A stretch of DNA of 32,000 nucleotides, taken from the NCBI GenBank assembly GCA_016700135.1, contig CP065004.1:600001-632000 (forward strand), given 5' to 3'. This stretch comes from Candidatus Saccharimonadota bacterium. Lineage in GTDB: Bacteria; Patescibacteriota; Microgenomatia; UBA1406; GWC2-37-13. Shown piece by piece: positions 17,901-25,760 of the stretch. A model generated the notes under the pieces. The model saw nothing but the letters and a program-made list of their open reading frames with translations, ran no database searches and was not told the DNA's origin. The stretch's first letter is position 1. Each line of letters starts with the position of its first letter. Both the position numbers and the translations under genes were made by a program.

Positions 17901-20769
17901 AATCGGTACAACAACGACAAGTACTTACAAATTAAACGTTAGTGGATCTTTGAATGCATCAAGTCTTTACTTGACTGGCAGTCAAGTAACTTCAAATGCT
18001 TCAGAATTAAATTTGCTTGATGGAGTAAGTCTTACATTAACAGCAGGTGAATTTAATTTATTGGACGGCAGGTCCGGGACATTGCTTGACACCAATAATG
18101 TAGCTACACAACTATCAGCCTGGGATCAGGACAGTTCAAATGATCTGATAACAACGGATATAGGAGTAACCGTACAAGGTTATAACGCAAATACTTCATT
18201 CCTCGGTCAGACTATTGAAAGCAGTGAGATTACGGACGGAACAATTACCACTAGTGATTTTGCCAGTACTTTGACGTTTGCATCCGGAGCATTCCTGGAC
18301 TTGTCCTCTATTGACTATGGTTCAACTGCTCCTCAGGGATTGAGATTACCGAATGCGACTTCAGCCAATCTTGCTTCAAATAATCCATCAGTGGGTGAAG
18401 GGTATTTAGCATATGATACGGACGTTAATAAAGTAAAAATATTTAACGGTTCTTCCTGGACGGATATTAGCGGAGCCTCAACCACGCTTCAGGAAGCTTA
18501 TGAAGCAGGCAACTCAATTCTCATGAATGCCGGACAGGGGAATATCAGAATTTCTAACGACGGTTCTAATGAACTATTATTCCTTGATGAAGCAACAGGA
18601 TATGTAGGGATAGGGAACACAGCTCCGGGATACAAACTGGATGTGTCAGGAGATATTCGAATTGCAAGCGGGAGTGATTTGTATATCGGAACAACGGCTT
18701 TAAGTTCTATCTCGGGTGCGGGTCTTATCGGAGTTGACAGTTCAAGTATTTCAAGTAGCAGCGCTTCGGATTTGCAATCAGTTCTTGAAGATTTGGATAG
18801 TGCTATCGGCGGAGTAGGAAATTCATCAATTTCAGCAGTCGGTAATATTACATCAGGTGATGCATTCACAAGCGGAACCCCCGGTTCCGAATTGTACTTC
18901 ACTTCATCCGGTGTTCTCGGTCTCGGAAACACCGCCTCATCAGCTGCCCGAATAGAGTTTTTCAATGACACCATAGATAGAATTTCGTTGCTCAGCTCTT
19001 ATGTCGGAATCGGAACCACTGCTCCTGTCGCGGCTCTTGATGTCCAGGGAGCAATCAGGCTTGGTGCAAGTGGGGGAATATCTGATACATTGAATACGAT
19101 TTCAGCTGGAACGGCTCCGAGTGCAAGTCTTTATTGGGGGAGTTACAGAATATGTACGACCGGAGATTCTTGTGCAGGGGGAGCAGGCGGAGGGGTAGAC
19201 AGTACGGGAGGGACAGGCTACTTAGCAAAATTTACGGATCAATATAATGTTGAAAACTCTATTCTCTATGAATCCGGAGGGAATATTGGAATAGGAACTA
19301 CTGTAACCGGTACCTATAAAGTAAATGTAAGCGGATCTTTAAACACTACAACCCTTTATCTGGCAGGTACACAAGTTAATGCAACGGCTACAGAGATCAA
19401 TTTGCTGTCGGGAAGATCAGGGACATTACTGGATACAAGCAATGTAGCTACACAACTATCAGCATGGGATCAGGATAGTTCAAATGATCTGATAACAACC
19501 GATATCGGATCAACAGTGCAGGGTTACAATGCCAATACTTCATTCCTCGGTCAGACCATTGAGACGGGAGAGATCACAGATGGGTCAGTACTTCCTGCGG
19601 ATGTAGATGACAACGGTCAGACACCTGGGGACGGACAGGTACTGACATACAATAATTCGAACAGTAAGTTTAACTGGGTTGACGCGACAAGTTTGGGTAC
19701 GAATTATTGGGGGAGGAATTCAGGGAGCGGGTACGTATATCCTGCGGTCGTGACGGACAGGGTGGGTATTGGTAATACGGCTCCTACTGAGGAGTTGGAT
19801 GTAACCGGAGATATAGCGGTGAGCGGAACAGTAGACGGACGTGATATTTCAGCAGATGGGTCAAGCTTGGATACATTGTATACAACGATCGGACTTTCAG
19901 CATTGACATCAGGAGAGGTGGATCAGTTGGAGAATATTGGAGCTGCAACGATCAGTACGTCACAATGGGGATATCTGGGCGCGATGAACCAGAGTGTAGC
20001 AACGACTGATGCAGTAACATTTACGACGATCAACACGGGACAGGGAGCGAATGAGCTGTATGCAATGGATCAAAATGTACGAACATCTGATACGGTACAG
20101 TTTGCAGGACTGCAGATCGGAGGAACGACACCTTCAATCACAAGTATCGTATCTGGAACGGGGACAGACTGGTCAGGTGCAGCTGATACTGCACTTGCCA
20201 CACAACTTGCCATCAAATCATATGTTGATAATGAAATTGCCGGAGTAACAATAGATGTTTTTACCACCTTTACTGCAGACAGCGGGAGTACAACTGCTAA
20301 TACTGCAGGGGACACACTGACAATAAACGGTTCAGGAAGTATTACAACTTCGATATCTGGAGATACACTGACAATTACCGGAACGGATAACGATACAACC
20401 TATTCCGCAGGAAGCGGCCTCAGTCTCGCAAGTACTACTTTCAGTCTGGGAGGAGCAATATCACAGCCGACACGTCTCTATGACGGATCATATGAGTATC
20501 TTTATATCAACAACAGTACAGGGAATCTTGGTATAGGGACAACATCGACAGGCACATATAAGTTAAATGTCGGCGGGTCTTTGAATGCATCGTCTCTTTA
20601 TCTTGGCGATACTCAAGTGACATCAACAGCTTCTGAATTGAATTTGCTTGACGGAGTAAATCTCACACTTACTGCTTCAGAATTTAATTTACTGGACGGC
20701 AGATCAGGGACATTACTTGACACAAACAATGTCGCAACACAACTTTCAGCCTGCATCAAACAGCAGTAA
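14953..20769 (+). CDS. giant fibre protein, intact N-terminal 5.8 kb: MerR-type HTH + TM anchor + repeat fibre
   Basis: Track ORF 14938..20769 starts at TTG; the first ATGs are 14953 and 14977. LSPKEFAHLVGVSSSTVRRWEEEKVF...SGYRKF (14998-15117) is a MerR/HTH_17-type helix-turn-helix. The TM helix is AAVLSLAVLLMIVTAAAVATYPAV (15268-15339). The rest is Gly/Ser/Thr-rich, with recurring GIGTTxP..KL(N/D)V.G and ATELNLL.GRSGTLLDTNNVATQLSAWDQ modules. The TAA at 20767 arises from frame loss inside such a module, so it is not a natural end. Confidence 0.85.
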   Translation: MKTYTKLFMSTEQKDYNLSPKEFAHLVGVSSSTVRRWEEEKVFTSVRTPSGYRKFALSDVPKAKEYKNQVNAIKKQKSQEHIYSITSKQAIQKHNYPVVDFIFKRAAVLSLAVLLMIVTAAAVATYPAVKSIMSDRYQAKSEKTLGEKEGNISETDDMNVLAAESSRLARSIISNIGWDFRSTVKIEDLQVNGPSVFLDDIDARGQNLDLGTGRITASNVLYGVEAGKGISIAGTTQSPLITNIDPGSAQEIFKNIKVGSNTITASSNTDTLTFEQGSGITLTVDGKKVTIASSQSGYSYWTTEVDGVSYDNIEDGSSVNFVSGDDITVTRSAANELTFNLQDVIDTVTGIDLTAGGYLTGTNATITFDNFSVDASGNIRIAAGSDFYIGNVQLGSIGSSSGASLIGVDGTNISQSASGDLQTVLENMSAAMGSGSSKWTIASDVIYPNNYSTADFSLGGTTPASSPFGIDIDQNILYLGDGANDANTPSLYFKASDGSNWGTLSYSDSDRFVFSGGDVVVDGVIYAGSGTQQITLANGMLNPNALPLITSGTSPTTSSVSGFEILSNQIGLIRGCSNGEVLKWNSTTSRWTCSPDSSGVSGVVDVQQDGSIPAGSADSQFDTINFVNNFNLSENSSGVIDVDLASNIGIGTAPSGSYALTVNGATNTSTLYLSGTQVTASANEINLLTGRTGTLLDTNNVATQLSAWDQNASDDVTAFTGLSDTPSSYSGQAARVVRVNAGGTGLEFVDPATLGTNYWGRNSGSGYVYPSVVTDRVGIGTSTPTQMLDVQGNIAVSGTVDGRDVSADGSNLDTLYTTIGLSALTSGEVDQLENIGATTISSTQWGYLGSLNQSVSTTDAVTFTTINTGQGAYELYAMDQNVRTSDTVQFAGLQIGGATPNITSIVSGTGTDWSGAVDTALATQLSIKSYVDAQIGGAAYTFENGISESGNTVTLGGALNQSTRLYDGSYEYLYMNTSTGNVGIGTTTTSTYKLNVSGSLNASSLYLTGSQVTSNASELNLLDGVSLTLTAGEFNLLDGRSGTLLDTNNVATQLSAWDQDSSNDLITTDIGVTVQGYNANTSFLGQTIESSEITDGTITTSDFASTLTFASGAFLDLSSIDYGSTAPQGLRLPNATSANLASNNPSVGEGYLAYDTDVNKVKIFNGSSWTDISGASTTLQEAYEAGNSILMNAGQGNIRISNDGSNELLFLDEATGYVGIGNTAPGYKLDVSGDIRIASGSDLYIGTTALSSISGAGLIGVDSSSISSSSASDLQSVLEDLDSAIGGVGNSSISAVGNITSGDAFTSGTPGSELYFTSSGVLGLGNTASSAARIEFFNDTIDRISLLSSYVGIGTTAPVAALDVQGAIRLGASGGISDTLNTISAGTAPSASLYWGSYRICTTGDSCAGGAGGGVDSTGGTGYLAKFTDQYNVENSILYESGGNIGIGTTVTGTYKVNVSGSLNTTTLYLAGTQVNATATEINLLSGRSGTLLDTSNVATQLSAWDQDSSNDLITTDIGSTVQGYNANTSFLGQTIETGEITDGSVLPADVDDNGQTPGDGQVLTYNNSNSKFNWVDATSLGTNYWGRNSGSGYVYPAVVTDRVGIGNTAPTEELDVTGDIAVSGTVDGRDISADGSSLDTLYTTIGLSALTSGEVDQLENIGAATISTSQWGYLGAMNQSVATTDAVTFTTINTGQGANELYAMDQNVRTSDTVQFAGLQIGGTTPSITSIVSGTGTDWSGAADTALATQLAIKSYVDNEIAGVTIDVFTTFTADSGSTTANTAGDTLTINGSGSITTSISGDTLTITGTDNDTTYSAGSGLSLASTTFSLGGAISQPTRLYDGSYEYLYINNSTGNLGIGTTSTGTYKLNVGGSLNASSLYLGDTQVTSTASELNLLDGVNLTLTASEFNLLDGRSGTLLDTNNVATQLSACIKQQ
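17212..18120 (+). repeat. segmental duplication, copy A (coding)
   Basis: 17212-17748 is colinear with 19693-20229 at a constant offset of 2481 nt with no indels. 17815-18120 is colinear with 20446-20751 at an offset of 2631 nt. The encoded proteins are highly similar (LGTNYWGRNSGSGYVYP...SIKSYVD; LYDGSYEYLY...QLSA). Confidence 0.85.
19693..20751 (+). repeat. segmental duplication, copy B (coding, with an extra 150 nt)
   Basis: Partner of 17212-18120. It carries a 150-nt insertion around 20245-20395 (TIDVFTTFTADSGSTT...). The differences between the copies are mostly third-codon-position changes. Confidence 0.85.
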
Positions 20770-23700
20770 TGATGCAATTTATCACATCGCTTACGTCAGG
20801 ATATCTTCCGTACTATGACGGATCAAATCTGGCCAATAGTACCATATATTTGACAGAGGCAATCTTGGCATAGGGACAACAAATCCGTCACAAGCTTGAT
20901 ATCGCTAATTCAACTTTAACGAGAGGATTTAATGTTGTGATGGATACAGATACGGCTGCATACACCTATGGAGGGTATACTGAAATTACAAATGCTTCCG
21001 GTGACTCAGTCGGCCAGATGGTCGTTACTAATCCTCAGCTGGAAGATATTCCACTGGTTATCACGCCAATGTGGAGGCAGGTGCAATGCTTACGGCTTCT
21101 ATACTAATACAACTTCTTCCAACGGGATATTCTATCGGAGTATATCAAACGTTTATGGAGCCGGCGCATCCTCAAATGCGACATGGCGGAATGTTCATGG
21201 CAGAAACTCCGAACATGGAAGCTTACGGTATTTATGCTGCGCAAATCGATACCGGAGGTGGTAAGGCATGGGCAGGATATTTTGACGAAGGAGATGTATT
21301 TATTGCAAATAATGTCGGAATCGGAACCACTTCGACGAGCACATACGCTTTAAATATTAACGGATCGTTAAATACCACCTCATTGTATTTGGCGGGATCT
21401 CAAGTTAGTGCTACTGCCACTGAACTGAATCTGCTTTCAGGAAGATCAGGGACACTTCTGATACAAACAATGTATCGGCACAACTTTCAGCCTGGATCAA
21501 AACAGCAGTAATGATGCACTTATCACATCGCTTACGTCAGGATATCTTCCGTATTATGACGACTGAACCTGGCAAATAGTGCTTTCTACCAGCGGGCGGA
21601 AATATCGGAATCGGTACGACAAACCCCACAGCAAAGCTTCAACTCATTCAAGAGGCAGACTTCCGTACACGGAATTAGCCTACAGAAGGCAGCACTGAAA
21701 GAATGAATTATATGGGGACAGGATCAAATACGTATCTCGACCTTAATCAAAATACGGCAATATCAGAAATACCTCTGCAACAGGAAACATGTGCATATAA
21801 CACTTCCGCGAAGAATCAGCTTTCGTCAACAGATGGCACAGTAGGAGGATTTAGGTTTACTACAAATAATGGTGATAGTTTGGAGATTACAAAGGATGGG
21901 TATGTTAGTATCGGAACGACTACTCCTGCATACGCTCTCGATGTCAACGGTGATATCCGGATAGTAAGCGGTAGGAACTTTATAGTTACGGAAGCGCAAC
22001 GCTAGAATCATACATATTCTGAAGATAACTACATAACTGACGGACAGACATTCACGGCTAGTATTGATGCCCTAGATCAACAGGTAAAGATCTTGCTAAT
22101 AGGAAGCAGGAATGTGGCAGGATCAGACTACCTATATCAATCCAATTAACTTTACCAGTCTGGCCATTACCGATACGGGGGAGAATGGGATCGAACAACG
22201 AACCAAATAACCCGCTTTCTGTGGTCGGGAATGCAGACTTTACGGAAATGTCGGTATCGGAACAACTGAGGTAGGTACATACGCTCTGAATGCGTTGCAG
22301 GGAGCAAATTTTAACAGCATCTATAGGTGGTACGGCAATTGCAGCGACGGCAACTGAACTCAATATTTCTCAGGGCAACAGTCTCAACAGCAGAACCGGA
22401 ATTATCTTGATAACTCAATGGTCACGAACGGATGAATTGTGTTTGGCAACGGTGCCACTTTCACACAAGATGCCGCTACTTCTTTCTGGAATGATAGCAG
22501 CAATTATCTGGGTATCGGTACAACTGCACCGCGCTACTTGATCTATTTGGTACAACAGCAGCATTTCAGATGTCATATGACGCCAGTAATTACGGTAAAT
22601 TCACGATCGGAATGACGGCACACTTACCTGGCGGAGTCAAAGTGCCGGTGGCTCATCACTAATATTGCCCGTTTCTCGACAACAGGAGTAATATCGATGT
22701 CCTGACATCATTCAATGCGACGGGAGATCGTCAGTATCGCAAATGATCTTCAGTTTACCAATCAGTCGGCAGCTATATCAAGACTCTCGGACCTCTTACC
22801 ATCGAAGCCGGAGAAAGTTATGAAAGCAATAACCTGAAATTGAAAACATACAACAGCGGAAGAATAGTGTTTGATGCGCAGGGGAGTGGCACCCAATCAG
22901 GCTCAAAACTGGGATCTTGTCACTTCTACCACAGCCTTGAATTTTGAAAGTGGTCTTTTCAATATTGATACAACAAACAGTAGAATCGGAATTGGTACAA
23001 CAGCACCGGGGCACAAACTGGATGTTTCAGGAGATATTAATGTATCTTCCGTATACAGAATTGGAGGAACTACGGTACTATCTCACAGTTCATCAGGTGA
23101 AAACTGCATTATGGGATTGGATGCAGGTAGTACAGCACCACATCAGAGCTACACAATTAACATTGGTCATGGCAGCATTAATCTAAATAGTACTAACGCC
23201 GATCAAAATACTTGTAGGAGCATGGGCGGACAAAGTGTTACCAGTGGAAAATAATAATGTCCCGATAGAAATGATTCCGGCGCAACACTGACTACAGGAT
23301 ACAACAACTTTATCGGAGGATCTTGGGCTGGTATTGGTTCACGGCAGCATATAACGTAGCTCTGGGTTATTCTGCAGGAGGAAGTAATACAAACAGGAAA
23401 CAGCAATACGATGGTGGGTGCATGCTGATGTCACGTCAGGAGGTAATTACAATACAGTACTGGGCTGTTCAAAACGCAGCTTCAGCATATAGTTCGTCTA
23501 TCATGCTGGGTTACTCTGCCGTAGCTACTGCATCAAACCAATTTCTCGTGGGTGGAAATAATGCAAACGGATATATTAATGATACGTATTTCGGTCGGGG
23601 AGTAGTAGTGCTACGCCGAATGACATAACACTGAATGCCACCGGAGGATCAGTGCAGTGATATTACCGGAGCAAATATGATTCCCGCAGGCGGTAAAGCA

Positions 23701-24378
23701 ACGGGAATGCAGACGGCGGAGATATTATTTTTAAGACTTCCGATGTCGGGCTCGTCAGGGACCACGTTGCAGTCACTTACTGAAAAATGAGATTGACTGA
23801 TGAAGGAAGACTCGGAATCGCACTACAGCCTCGGATGCAACCTCGATGTCAACGGCAGCGGTAACTTTACAAGTCTGTGTGTCGGAGGAACCCAAATCTC
23901 AGCGACAGCAACAGAGCTGAATATTCTTTCAGGGCTACCATTTCAACAGCAGAACTGAATTATCTGGACAACTCAACAGTCATGAACGGAGGAATTGTGT
24001 TTGGGAACGGTGCAAATTTCACGCAGGATGCAGCAAATTTCTTCTGGAATGATACATCAAAATAGATTGGGTATCGGGACTACGGCACCGAATACGTCAT
24101 TGGAATTGTTCGGAAGTACGGCAGGATTACAATTTGTCATATGATGCAATTAATTACGGTACCCACGATCGGGAGTGATGGGACATTGACATTGGCAGGA
24201 GTAAGTGCAGGCGGATCACTTACGAATATTGCGCGATTCTCAACATCTGCTGTCAACATTGATGTTCCGACATCATTTAATGCAGCCGGTGATGTGTCTG
24301 TCGCATATGATTTGTACTTCACGAATCAGACAGCATCATACATAAAATCGGACGGGCCTTCAGTATCGTGTCCAGTGA
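20770..24378 (+). pseudogene. frame-broken continuation of the giant fibre gene
   Basis: Fibre motifs continue but hop between all three frames. Fragments in the ORF track are 21071..21511 (NVGIGTTSTSTYALNINGSLNTTSLYLAGSQVSATATELNLLSGRSGTLL), 21703..22005, 22290..22541, 22871..23254 (SRIGIGTTAPGHKLDVSGDINV), 23323..23628 (Hep_Hag-like LGYSAVATASNQFLVGG), 23877..24065 (TAELNYLDNSTVMNGGIVFGNGANFTQDAANFFWND) and 24141..24386 (GSDGTLTLAGVSAGGSLTNIARFSTS...). No antisense ORF is convincing. Confidence 0.7.
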
Positions 24379-25746
24379 AGCCTTGAGAACAATGATCTGA
24401 CCATCGAGACCTATGGGACAGGAAATATTGTTCTGAAAGCAAACAGCGGAAATATATGGGCAGACGGATCTGCAGTCGGTATCGGGACAACTGCTCCTGC
24501 ACGGACATTGCATGTAATCGTGGGTTCGACGGCACCGCCGGTCAGATTCCAAGATTCAGACGGGTACTGTGAGATCAATCCTACAACGACTACCTGGACG
24601 TGTACCTCTGATGCTACATTAAAGGAAGATGTTGAGACACTTTCAAGCATCTATAATCTTGAAAAACTCAATCAGCTGAGACCTGTTTCATTCAAGTGGA
24701 AAACTCAAAATGATGATGATAAGCGCTTCGGACTTATTGCCCAGGAAGTTGAAACATTGTTCCCCGAATTTGTACAGACGGATGAAAACGGATTGAAATC
24801 TGTATCCTACGGATCATTTACCCCGATTCTGATTTCTGCCGTGCAGGAGCAGCAACTTCAGATTGAAGGTCAGCAAAGCAGTCTCACAAAACTGACGGAG
24901 GAGCTTGCACTTGTAGTAAATGAAGATACGGGTGTAGTAACAAGCAGTCTTATTGATACTCTTACTGAGGAAACAGAGAATATCGCTGATCGGACGGCTG
25001 CGGTTGAAGGAGAGGTTGAAGCACTGGCGGAAAAAGACAGTCAGATTGAGACACGGCTTATTACCATTGAAGAAAGACTCAATGCGCTTGAACAGGCATC
25101 TGCATCAGCCTCGCTCGATAATTTGAATGATCGTGTAGGATTCCTTGAACAATTATTTACTGGTATTCAGGCATCCGGTTCTGCTGATTTGAGTACGTAT
25201 CTGGCCGAGCTCATCGATGGTCAAATTCTCGGTCTTCAGTCAGATGAAGCAACTCTCTCTGCATTGACAGTGAGCGGAGATACGAATGTAAACAATCTTG
25301 CCGTAACAGGGGAGATCAGCAGCGGACTTTTGATTATCAACGGATTTGATGACTCACTCGCGACACCAGCTGCTACTATCTCTACGCTGGGAGGATCTCT
25401 CAAGATTCAACATCTCGGACTTGGAGAAATCGAATTTATGGCAGGTAAGTCAAAAATTGATACGGACGGAGACTTTATCATGTTAGAAGGAGATTTGGTA
25501 ATAGAAACAGGGGTGATCAAAGGAAATGATCAATTCAGAGGAATTGACGTGCCGGCAGTATTTAGCTCAACTTACCTTGATATCGATTTTGAGAGCATGA
25601 AAGATACGGACGAGTATGCTGTAAACATTACTCCGACTTGGCTTACAAATGTAGCAGTCATAGAGAAACGGACGGATGGTTTCCGTCTCCAGTTCTCAGT
25701 ACCTGCACCTTTGAACGGAAAAATCGACTGGATGATTATTGAATAA
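24379..25746 (+). CDS. C-terminal part of the giant fibre gene: Peptidase_S74 intramolecular-chaperone domain + coiled coil + beta-rich terminal domain
   Basis: The frame is open from 24379 with no ATG. The track start 24508 is a TTG inside a GIGTTAPARTLHV motif, so this is a continuation and not a separate gene. TSDATLKEDVETL...LRPVSFKWK...RFGLIAQEVETLFPEFV...GLKSVSYGSFTPILISAVQEQQ is the S74 (endosialidase chaperone) signature, at about 24604-24870. Confidence 0.85.
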   Translation, partial: SLENNDLTIETYGTGNIVLKANSGNIWADGSAVGIGTTAPARTLHVIVGSTAPPVRFQDSDGYCEINPTTTTWTCTSDATLKEDVETLSSIYNLEKLNQLRPVSFKWKTQNDDDKRFGLIAQEVETLFPEFVQTDENGLKSVSYGSFTPILISAVQEQQLQIEGQQSSLTKLTEELALVVNEDTGVVTSSLIDTLTEETENIADRTAAVEGEVEALAEKDSQIETRLITIEERLNALEQASASASLDNLNDRVGFLEQLFTGIQASGSADLSTYLAELIDGQILGLQSDEATLSALTVSGDTNVNNLAVTGEISSGLLIINGFDDSLATPAATISTLGGSLKIQHLGLGEIEFMAGKSKIDTDGDFIMLEGDLVIETGVIKGNDQFRGIDVPAVFSSTYLDIDFESMKDTDEYAVNITPTWLTNVAVIEKRTDGFRLQFSVPAPLNGKIDWMIIE

Positions 25747-25760
25747 AATCTACCGTTATT

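Noticed and set aside
16800-21600. CRISPR-like or tandem DNA repeat array
   Set aside because: The recurring units are coding modules of variable length and spacing (about 1.0-2.5 kb apart) inside an ORF. They are not short, regularly spaced direct repeats with unique spacers.
20770-24378. Alternative genetic code or stop-codon readthrough explaining the broken ORFs
   Set aside because: The motifs continue in different frames, so the breaks need frame shifts rather than stop reassignment. Housekeeping genes in the same window end at TGA (trxB), TAA and TAG, consistent with the standard code.
14938-25746. Diversity-generating retroelement targeting the fibre gene
   Set aside because: No reverse-transcriptase ORF lies in the window. 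The repeat copies differ at all four bases, mostly at synonymous third positions, rather than showing adenine-specific template/variable-repeat mismatches.
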